A stretch of 63,756 bases of DNA, filler included, from Stramenopiles sp. TOSAG23-2 (taxonomy: Eukaryota): NCBI GenBank assembly GCA_900128395.1. It is 6 parts of 6 records of this genome, joined end to end, with 100 filler letters (N's around TTAATTAATTAA, not from the genome) between each part and the next. Parts side by side here need not be neighbours in the genome. Positions count along the whole stretch, not along the records: positions 28,563 to 56,950 come from LT649402.1; 5 more parts are not named here. One strand, 5' to 3'. The notes below the pieces were generated by a model. It ran no database searches and had not been told where the DNA came from. It saw only the letters and a program-made list of their open reading frames with translations. Shown in pieces: positions 41,473 through 52,510 of the stretch (its first letter is position 1; each line of letters starts with the position of its first letter). Position numbers and translations under genes: made by a program.

Positions 41473-42018
41473 ATGGTACCGAAGCCAGACCCATTGGTAG
41501 ATCGTATATGTGGTAAAACCGATATTGATACCCTCTTCCGTATTGCCGAGACTACCCATAAGGAAACTGCTCTTATGTTGAAGATCTTATTCTGGACAGG
41601 GATTCGAATAAGCGCATGCTGCAATATCTTAACTAAAAATATTACGATGGGTGAATCCATCTCCATTAAAGTATTATCCAAAGGGAATTGCTGGAGGACC
41701 GTCCATATCTGCAAAGTCAAAGCAGATACGATACGCGACCAGATCAATTCTATCCATACGAAATATTTATTTGCTGGAAGATACCGAAATACTCCTATTT
41801 CCCGATCTGCTGGTCACAGACGTATTAAAAAAATTGCAAATAAAGCAGAATTACACCATGTGACAGCTCACGTGTATCGACATTGTTTCGCGACATTCTC
41901 GTTAGCTGCGGGAGCTCCATTGACTGCCGTACGCGATGCAATGAATCACAAGAGCATCTCTACAACGTCTTTATATCTACATTCCACGGAAAAGGACGTA
42001 TCCACTTATATATGTTGA
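41473..42018 (+). CDS. Tyrosine recombinase/integrase catalytic domain (XerC/D-like); N-terminal domain apparently disrupted
   Basis: TGIRISA (R), SKGNCWR (K), TAHVYRHCFAT (HxxR), MNHKSISTTSLYLH (H, Y). The frame is open upstream to 41380. Confidence 0.9.
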   Translation: MVPKPDPLVDRICGKTDIDTLFRIAETTHKETALMLKILFWTGIRISACCNILTKNITMGESISIKVLSKGNCWRTVHICKVKADTIRDQINSIHTKYLFAGRYRNTPISRSAGHRRIKKIANKAELHHVTAHVYRHCFATFSLAAGAPLTAVRDAMNHKSISTTSLYLHSTEKDVSTYIC

Positions 42019-42993
42019 CATCGGTGGCGTCAGATATAAGTAGATACATACTATTCACAATGAAATATAATACCCATACATAAATACAAGCTTACATACG
42101 ATATCTAGGGATATCTAGTAAATGGAAACCTTTTCATTGAATTCTTATTAAAAGAATATTCTGCATATCGTATTGGTTCTGTTGTTGTATTCTCATTTTG
42201 AAGTTTTAGTTGTCAATTTTAGTTATTCATTGTTATTAAAAATATATTTTAAAAGTTAAAAAAAAGTAAGACAGAAGTAGTATCTTATGGGAATATTATT
42301 ATAGGAGTTTCGTCCTAGAGTAAAAGCTATGCTATTATTATTCATTATAATTTAGTAATTGTTATTCAGTTATTAATACTCATTTTATTATGTTAAAATA
42401 TATAGGACCAATATCCAAAATATACTACAAATATATCACTCAAGTACAGTTATTTTTTAGTCGAACGTCAGAAAAATAATAATAGAGATTAATAAAAATA
42501 GATTTAATGAATGAATACAATCTATTAATATAGAAGGGAGTCACCAAGACACTTCACCTCTTCATTGATATCTAAGAAACATAATACTCCATTCACGCGA
42601 TATTCATTCTGTAAGAGTTGTATACACGCGTCATATTCCACATAAAGCTATCTGTTTCGTTTGTAGTCGTATTATTTGCGTTTAGGTGTTGCCTGATTAT
42701 TTTGGAAGGAAAATAAACCACTATTTTAAATAGATAGATAAATTTCACAGAACTGTCTCTCTGTTCTTCATCGAACTGAAAAAGAGAATATCGACGCGCG
42801 CCTTGTATTCCACGTATATTCATCTTGTTATTTGTTTCCCACAGACAGATTCTGTAGGTTTTACTTTGTGTGAATACAATAAAGTAAAGATCGTATTAAA
42901 ACGAAGTAGTATATCAGGAAGAGGTAAATTATAAACAAATTTGACACCGAGAACATATCCTAGCGATATATATAGATACCGTCAAAATAGAAC

Positions 42994-45900
42994 ATGAGGA
43001 CATATACGAATCTATTATCCATTCTCATTTTCATATCATTCGCCAATTTGAATGTAGCCATGGATGGAATATGTGATGTACGTATCAATATGTTGCAATC
43101 ATTAGCAAAAGATGGATTTTTACGAAATCATCTTTATTTATCACAATGGTTTCATAGGAAATATCCAAGATGCTCTCCTTCTAATTATGCAAATATTATA
43201 ATAGGCGAAATAGAAAACGTAAAAGAGAATAATGGGGTATTGCAGAATCATTTGATGAAGGATGGCAATTTTGATAGAAACAAAGAAATTAGCGTTAAAA
43301 CAAATGATGATGAGGTATACCATCAACGTTACGATGGCGATAAAGTAAATAAACATCTTTTTACGTTGAGTAGAAAAGATAATAATGTAAATGTTGATTC
43401 AAATAAAAAGGCTGTTATATTGAAAAAGATCATTAATAATGGAATGAACGAGAAAGATGACGGTAGGTATAATATTGAAAAAAGACGACTGAATATTGGT
43501 AAATCATTGATAGGTGAATGGAATGAACAATCATCTGGAACGTATATATTATCAAAGGATGTGAATACATCAAAATCGATTATGGTTTTAAATGCATTAA
43601 CTATTACAGGTATTGTTGGTATGGATGGTAAACGACCTGCAATTGATGGTGGTGGGACACCAGGGTGTACGGATTATAATGGTTGTCCTGGTCATACAGT
43701 ATTTCAAGTTAGTGATTATATTGTTTATTTAACGTTGACAAATGTGACGATTAGAAATGGATTTGTATGTATATATATATATATATATTTCACTTTCAAA
43801 GTTATTATTAATAATAATGGTTAACTTTCTACATGTATTAAATTCAAATCAAAAACTAACTGTAATTTATATATATTTGATGATGATCTACATAATATAG
43901 TCCAATAATGTAAGTGTTGTTTTGCTATGGTTATGAGACATTGATTTTTTATTTTCTTCTTCTTTCTTGTATTTGATACTAACTGTAATTGATTTGTACT
44001 TTTGATAATGTTCTATGTGATGAAAACGATATAGATTGTAAGTAGTTTTTGTTTGCATCGAGAATAATACATTGATTGTATTTATCTTCTTTTTTCTTCT
44101 TTTATACATACAAAATAATGAATGTACTAACTGTATTTGATTTGCATTTTTGATATTGGTCTACATAATGAACGCGAACGATGTATGATTAATGTAACTC
44201 TGTGCATGATATTATGAAATACGTATTTATAGGGTGGTGGATTGGACATTGATTTAAACGCTGTAGTCGTATTAACAAGTTGCACTTTGACAGGTAACAC
44301 TGCGGTAAGTATGTTGCATTGATCATAATACATTGATTGTATTTATGTATTTTCTTTTTTATGTTGAAGTATATGAAGTAATAAATTTACTAATATTGTA
44401 ATTGATTTGTACTTTTGATAATGTTCTATGTGATGAAAACGATATAGACTGTCAGTAGTTTTTGTTTGTATCGAGAATAATACATTGATTGTATTTATCT
44501 TCTTTTTTCTTCTTTTATACATACAAAATAATGAATGTACTAACTGTATTTGATTTATATGTTTGGTGATGGTGTATGTAATGAAAACAATATAGCAATA
44601 TGTAAGTATTTGTTTGCTTTAATAATAATACATCAATTGTATTTATGATTTACATATATCAAGTACTAACCATCTAACTTTTTATATAATTATTTAATTA
44701 TGTAATTTATAGGGAGGAGGAATGCACATTGATAAAGGCGATGTAACAATTATAGATAGCCACTTTGGTTCTAATACTTGTCGGAAGGTAGTTGAAGGTT
44801 GTGGCAGTGATATTTACACCGTATCACCAACTATCATCATCAATACCACCTTTAGCATTGCAAATTCAAATTCAATACAAGGAAACCCACATCAATGTAC
44901 ACCAGGTATTTGCCAACAAATCTTTCAATCATATCCAAATGATGGAATTGATTGCAAAAACAATCCATATAAACAAGGGATGAAATGTTTCCCATGCCAT
45001 CCAGGCAAATATTTAACTGAAAATGCTCCATATCCATCATGTTTACCATGTTTAGCTGGGAAAGCAACGAATAAATATGGTAGTGCTTCATGTGATACAT
45101 GTTCACCAGGAAAAATTCAACCTATAAATACAATTGCAAGTTCGTGCAAATTATGTGGAGCTGGAACATATTCAAACAATAGCATTGCATGTATTGACAT
45201 CCCGCCTGGTATGTATCCGTCCAATTGTCACGATACAAGTAACAAAAAAGGTTGTAGCGTAATCAAACCATGTCTACGTGGATTTTATTGCCCATTGAAG
45301 ACTACTATACCAATCCAATGTTTGCAAGGATATTATTCCAATATTACTGGTGCACCAATATGTTTAAAATGCAATAGTGGTCGAGCAAGTAATATACTAC
45401 AAGCGACTGAATGTACAGAATGTAAAATGGGACAATTTGCTACCAACGAAGGTATGAAACATTGCGAATCGTGCACAGATGGTCATACTACATATAATAA
45501 AGGTAGTACTACTTGCAGTGAGTGTACTATTGGTAAAGCTGGTACAAATGGTATTTGTAGTCCATGTATAACTGGAAAGTATCAAGATGAAGCTGGTACT
45601 ATAAATTGTAAAGAATGTCCTTCAGGCAAGCAATCGGCTAAAACTACTTGTACGTCATGCAATGCAGGTAAATATCTTGATGGTAGGAATTGTAAATCGT
45701 GTAGTAGTGGTAAATTTTCAATTGCAGGTTCAGCAAAATGCTTAGATTGCCCAAAGGGAAAGTGGGCAAAAAGTAAGATAGCATCTCCCAGTTGCATCGA
45801 TTGCCCAGCTGGTTTCTACGGTTTAGTAAAAGGACAAACAAATCAAAGTGATGCATGCAAAGTATGTGGTAAAGGTAAATTTAGCTCTGCTATTGGTGCT

Positions 45901-48426
45901 GATTCAGATAAATTATGCAACGATTGTCCATTAGGTACTGCAAGTAATGTAGAAGGTGCGAATACCAGTGATGTTTGTAAACTGTGTAAAAAGGGTAAAG
46001 TAGCAAATGTAACTGGATCAGAGCAATGCTATTATTGCAAAATGGGTTATATCCCAAGTAAAGGAGGCACCCAATGCCAAGCATGTAGTACAGGGACCCA
46101 TGAAGTTAACGATAAATGTGAACCTTGTAGCAAAGGTAAAAGTCAAAGCAACATAGGTAAAAACATATGTAACATTTGTTTACCAGGACAATATTCCAAT
46201 TTTAAAGGCTTACCAACATGTTTACAATGCTCACCTGGACAAGCAATTGATAGTAAAAATAATACACAGTGTTCGTTATGTGAAAAAGGCAAATTCACCA
46301 ATAGTGCTGGCAGTTTAAAGTGTACCACATGCGAAGCTGGTATGACTACTTTTGTTGAAGGCAGTGTCCAATGTTCCGATTGTCCAAAGGGTAAAGTAGG
46401 ACGGAATGGTAATTGTGATGTATGTCCATTCGGAAAAGTCGCACGAACAGACGGCACTAAAGTTTGTCAACCATGCAATGTAGGATTTCAACCTGGTAAA
46501 TATAATATTTCATGTGTTAAAATGGATGTAAATGGATCCCCGCCAACAAGTCTTTCAATTAAAATGGGACCAAATCGCACTACTTTATTTGTGAAATGGA
46601 AATTACCAAGCGATGTTATTACTCCAGATGATAGAGTTGTTATTGTTCCTGTAGATCGAGTTACAAATGATGATGTGTATCAATCTGTATGGTATGGACC
46701 AGCAGTTGCGTTAAATGCGATGTTACTAAATGTAGATGTATATAAAAAAGTATATACGTTGAAAATTTCCATTTTGCATAAAAAAGACGGATCAACAAGC
46801 CCAAACACGACTTATAGCGAAACGTGGCAAACAACAAGTGATTGCAGCACAGATGGTACATATTTAAATGCTACTAGTCATGATTTAGCTGATTGGAAAT
46901 GCAATAAATGTCCTCGTGGTGCATCTTGTCAAGGTCCAATAACATGGAATGATGTAAAAGCTCGATTTGGTAATTGGCATGTACCAAATACATATAATTT
47001 TAATAAATGTATACGTCCACAAAGCTGTTTAGGTGCAGCAAATAATTTATATTATGAACGTTTTCCAACATTAGCAAAGCATGATCATAATGTTTCGTGT
47101 GCCGCACCAGGTTTTGTACAAGGAAGCCGCCTTTGCGCAACATGTGCTAGACCAGAATTTGCACGTGGTACCAGTAAAGGCAGTTGTGTGAAATGTCATA
47201 AGACATGGAATATAATTATTTTGATTGGTTCGATTGTATTTGGTTTGGTTGGATTTACTTTATTGTTACGTATGACATTATTCCAACGAAAAGACATTAA
47301 ATTGTCAGATGGTATCAAGAAAATTGCCATCAATTATTTACAATTTGCATCATTAGCATTAAATTTAGATATGCCATGGACAGATGTATTGCGTGAATTG
47401 TTTAAATGGCAAAGCTATGGCGTCGGTGTATCCAATGCATTGATATCGTTGGATTGTGTATTAGCAGATACACATACAACATGGCAAGTATTTCAATGGA
47501 AGTTTTACGGGACATTACTGATGCCTATTGGTTTTATACCAATTGCGTATATGATTGTGAAAGGTGTGTTGCGTGGTGGTCGAAAGGAATTTATAGCATC
47601 GTTGATTTTATTTTGGTATTTGATGTATCCACAGATTGTAAAAATACTTACCAAATTGGTATCATGCACAGATGTAAACGGTACAAAATATCTCATTGTA
47701 GATCCAGAAGTAGAATGTTTCGCCTACAATGCATTTGTATGGTGCGGGATTCTGTTTGGTTGTGTAGTTTACGTAATCGGTATGCCATTGATAGGTTTTT
47801 CTATTGTGAAACATTTAGATCGCAATGCACCTGATAATCGATTAAGATTTGGTATTTTGTACGATGGGTATGACAGTACGCATTACTGGTGGTGGGAAAT
47901 AGTCATTCAAGTGCGAAAGTTAGGCGTGATATTGATAAGTGCGTTGGTTGAAAGTCGTGTACAACAAATACTATTAGTGTTGTTTGTAATCGTTATATCA
48001 TTGTTCTTTACAGCATGGTTACGTCCATTTTATGATGATCGTTTAGTGAGAATGGAAATGCTGTCGTTGATCGTTTGTTTTTTAACCTTCTTCTTCGGTT
48101 CAATGCTTTTGAGTGATGAAAAATGTGTTGAAAATGAAGAATTTCTATGTGTTTTAGCGCAATGGCTGGTGATTTTCATAAATGCGGCTTGTGTGTTGTT
48201 TCTCGGTATAAATTTCAGCCAAAATTGGTTTGTAGAAAAACGAGATATGTTTGGTAAATTGGTTCGCAAATGCAATTGCTGTTGTAAAGATGAGGAGGGG
48301 AGGCTACAGCGTCGTGAATCTTATTTTGAAATGCAACAAAGCTTCGATGAAGGCGATGGAGGTGATGTTGGTTTATTTGGTGATGATGCATTGGAGCAAC
48401 GCGATGGGGAATACCATCAATTGTGA
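42994..48426 (+). CDS. ~1525-aa surface receptor/adhesin: signal peptide, POMP-like beta-helix GGG repeats, many CxxC (GCC2/ephrin-receptor-like) repeats, FN3-like domain, 7TM. Exons 42994-43764, 43901-43909, 44035-44037, 44233-44304, 44448-44450, 44596-44601, 44713-48426
   Basis: Every predicted intron is GT..TAG and phase 0, with a CTAAC/CTAAT branch-like motif. The spliced product reads IRNGF-SNN-I-GGGLDI...GNTA-T-QY-GGGMHI. The 7TM region has INYLQF, SLDC, GILYDGY, WWEIV..RKL. Confidence 0.8.
43984..44556. repeat. ~160-bp intronic direct repeat (43984-44143 and 44397-44556), each copy spanning a 3-nt microexon
   Basis: Near-identical sequence around gatatag|ATT|gtaagtag and gatatag|ACT|gtcagtag. 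Confidence 0.9.
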
Positions 48427-48618
48427 ACTTGGTCTAGCACGGTTGTATTGGATACCCCCCCTCCCCATTAGGACTTCCTTTTGTCTTGTAATAGATAATA
48501 TTTAATCAATATTCTCAAAAAAGAGAATATTCTTAACACATTATAGTATATTATTTATTTTAAAAGTATTTGTTGGTCAAGCAAGTATACCCCCACCATA
48601 ATGTCATTCTGTTTGTGT

Positions 48619-49173
48619 GATATCACCTGATAGGACATTCTGATGCATAGAAAATCTATGTCGAAGATAATTCTTTTGCAGTGGAATCCACAATGTCTGC
48701 ACCTATGTGTGATAAGCTTGCGTATATTTGTTCTATATAACATGATTTACACAAGGGAAAATTATGATATGCATGCGTTCCTTCGTTTGAACATGATGTA
48801 TGGGAACAACGCGGGTTGTTGGTGGTTCCTGTGTGTGTGTATGTGTGTGTTTCAGATGATCTAGATGTATCCATTTATGGTATGTCTTTTTGATATATGT
48901 TTACTATAAAATAAATATTTTTTTATATATTTCCTATATATCGAGATGGGTGTAGACAGAAAGTTCGTAAAGTTTTTTACGAATTATTTTTCAGGTATTC
49001 TGTCGGTGTTCGTAACTGTCGGTGTTCGTAATGTCTTACGAACTCATCTGTTGTTTTATTATTGCATACTTATTACCTTGTCTTTATTTTTACTTGCGAT
49101 ATCACCTGATAGGACATTCTGATGCATAGAAAATCTATGTCGAAGACAATTCTTCTGCGGTGGAATCCACAAT
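48619..49173. repeat. 76-bp direct repeat (48619-48694, 49098-49173), 3 mismatches
   Basis: GATATCACCTGATAGGACATTCTGATGCATAGAAAATCTATGTCGAAGA...GTGGAATCCACAAT occurs twice. Confidence 0.9.
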
Positions 49174-49240
49174 AAGCAAAGTGAATTTTATAATAGGTTA
49201 TATCTATATGTCGTCACCCCACGCTTTTTCTTTTTACAAT

Positions 49241-49403
49241 ACTTATACCCTCTGATACTCACCAATCGTCTGTGGTGATATCGCATGAGCTGTCGTAACA
49301 CAGTAAGTGACGACTTTGCGTCGAATTCATTCGTCGCTTTCAATTTGAGGGTATAGTCATACGGACCACCCTGGTAACTTTTTAGATCTTTTACAAAGAT
49401 CTA
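49241..49403. other. Putative structured non-coding element (four-way cloverleaf plus 3' hairpin)
   Basis: Closing stem TATACCCTC/GAGGGTATA encloses three hairpins, followed by a TAGATCTTT/AAAGATCTA hairpin. Confidence 0.4.
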
Positions 49404-50315
49404 CCGTTTCTTTATGTTTGTCGTAAGGGTTTTCATTTTTGAAAGAGTTTTCTGGGGTGTGTTTTAAGAACAAAGGGTAATTGGCCTTGGTTGGTTCTAC
49501 GAATTCATCAAAATTATATCAACACAGAGGAGTGTTCAAGGAAGAAATTGGGTAGTCAATGTATATATATATATATAAATGGGATAGATTTACCCTTCGT
49601 ATCTGTGTCTTAAGAAATTGGGTAGTCAATGTAGATCCAAATTCATAAAAACTTTTTACTTGCATGCCCAAAAAACGAAAAAAAATTAATTAAAAAATAT
49701 AAAAATCAATATTATGAAACATATGTATGGTTTCAAAATTTGAGAACTCATAGTGATGGCAATGCATGCCAACCAATGAGAATTATTTATGTATCAGACA
49801 GAAATAAAAAATATATATGAAAAAAAAGGCCGTAGAACGGCAATATTCCAAAGTTTGTATTATGTGCAATTTGGATTAAGAAAAGTATATTAATGCAGGA
49901 AAAAAATCATATACGTGAGTTAAAAATTATTAAATAATGTAAGAATAATAAGTTTTATACTAAATTTTAAGTAGTTTTGATAGGAGCCCCTAGCATAGAA
50001 TTGGCCCCAGCACGAACATCTGTCTCTCACTCTTTTAAAATTTTATCATTTTATCATACGCACACACACGTAAAATATCGAATAATGTAAATGTACTCTC
50101 GCTCTTTGATGCGGCCCAGGGGAGTGTATATGAGAACCCAAAAAAATATCCTCCCCAAAAACCAAACCTACATTACACCATTGTACAAATCAAATTCTCT
50201 CTCATGAATACGTCGTACCAAAAAAATATATTACGAGTCGTATATATATATATATATCATATAAAAAGCATAGGCATAATATATTACGACGTATTAAAAA
50301 AGGTATGTTTCTCTT

Positions 50316-52510
50316 CTACATCTTTCCTTGTTTTTCTTTCTGTGCTTCTTCTTTCCCTTCTTCATCAACTGTGCGTAATAATCTTGATGAATACGTTGGC
50401 CCAGTGAATCCACCTTCCATTGCCATATCCAATACTTTAGCATTATCACTTGTACCAGAATCTTGTACTTTTCCAATATTATCTAAATAATTTTGATATA
50501 CTTCTTCCCTAATTTCATCTTTATAAGTTGCCGTATGATCCCTCCCACGCCCTTTCCATGCATATTGGTTCCTAACAAGGCCACCTGGCAAAGCACCAGT
50601 ATGTTTACCATCTTTGTAAGTCATAACACCACTTACAAATGTGTATTTGTAACCATCAACGGTTTGGTACCACCTTGGTGCATTAGCAGGCAAATCGTTT
50701 TTATATTCATAAGGATTAATTTTTAAGTTTTGATAATCAACAACATTAATATCAGCTTTCATTCCAACTTCCAACGTACCACGATCTAATAAACCAACTG
50801 TACGTGCCGTATCATGTGTATGCTTCTTCACGGCAAGTTCAATTGGGATAGTCCCACTTCCACGTTTCCTATCCCTAGCCCAATGCGTTAACATGTATGT
50901 AGATGCAACAGCGTCTTGAAACAACGCAAGATGTGCACCAGCATCTGAAATGCCCGGTACAACAAAATCTTGCATAAGCCAATCTTTCGTGACTTCGTAG
51001 CTTCCTTCATAATATGCTTCCATTGGCCTCCACAATTGCCCATGTCCATCATACGCATTCAATTGATCATACATGACTTCAACGAATCTTTTACCTGTTC
51101 TTTTGCTAATATTTAAAACAGAATGTTCTGGACCTGGTTCGAAATCAAAATCATCATTAATTACATATGTCCAACCCATAAATTCTTCTCCATACCAAAA
51201 TTGTTGCACAACTTTGCTTAAACGTGTCGTACCATTGGCTATTTCATCCATTTCACTTAAAATGGATTTGCGGATATTTGGATCGCTTAAAGCTTTCATT
51301 CTTTGTTCACGGGGTACATCATCCCCAGCAACACCTCGGAATGTTTTTGTCCTTCGGAAATAGTTTGAGCGCGAATCCCAGTTTGTAATCATTGCTTGGG
51401 AGCGAACGTAGGTTTGAAACGTTACATCAGTGCCAGCATCTTGCCATATTTTAATATGTCTGCCACCAGATTTATGCATATCATTTGCATCTTTCATATT
51501 GTTTTGTACCGCAGAAGATTTTAAAACTTTTACTCCATAATTTGAACCAATAAAACCAATAACGTCCCTTTCCGACAGATAATGCCGGCGTTGTTTGCTG
51601 TTTTCACTTTTTCCTCCAGCAGGCGCAAAATCATCATACGATCTCATATCAGAAACCATTTGGTAAACACCGCCACCACCTTCAGCCATACCTTTACAAA
51701 TCTCTGCCTGTTCATAATCAGTGGAACAAGTACCTGGAATTAATGTTCCATGTGTATCCCTATGCCCTTGAAAACGGTTTGTACTAAATCCTAATGCACC
51801 AGCTTCAATTGCTTCTTTCACAGTTCGTTTCATCTTTTCAATATCAGAATCACTTACGTATGCTTTTGTTCTTCCACCTGGTTTATCCGTAGCATTGCAA
51901 TCTTCTCCCATGCAATATGCTCGTAACGGTCCGTGTGAAATGAAAAAACCAATATCAAGTGCTAAAGGTCTACGTGCAACAGCATCTAAATATTCAGGGA
52001 AGCTTTCCCATTCCCAAGGCATTCCAACAGCAAGGGATTCATGTGGTATATCTTCAACACCTTCACATAAATCAATTGTCCAATCGCGCATACTTTTTCT
52101 GCATGGGGCAAAACCTACACCACAATTGCCACCAACACAAGTAGTCACCCCAGCGTTTGATGATGGGCTTAATAACGGGTCCCAAAAGACTTGCCCATCA
52201 AAGTGTGTGCTGTATTATAATTATTATAATTATTTGTGTGTGTGTGTGTATGTGTGTTGTTAGTTGTTATAATATATGTGTGTGTGTGTTTATATATGTA
52301 TTATATATATGATCAAGATCAAACGTACTGCATATCTACCCAACCAGGTAATACGTGCAAACCGTTTACATCAATTGTTTCTTTTGCTTGTACGTTTAAC
52401 GTTGTTCCTATAGCATATATTTTCCCATTTTTGATTGCCACATCACCAAGATATGGTTTCTTTCCTGTACCATCGACGATGGTGCCATTTTTTAATAATA
52501 AATCTGCCAT
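50316..52510 (-). CDS. N-acyl-D-amino-acid deacylase-family amidohydrolase, 2 exons (52510-52329, 52209-50316), ~691 aa
   Basis: LLKNGTIVDGTG; spliced PGWVDMHTHFDGQVFWDP; GNCGVGFAP; SDAGAH; DRGTLEVGMKADINV. GTACGT...CAG intron. Confidence 0.9.
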
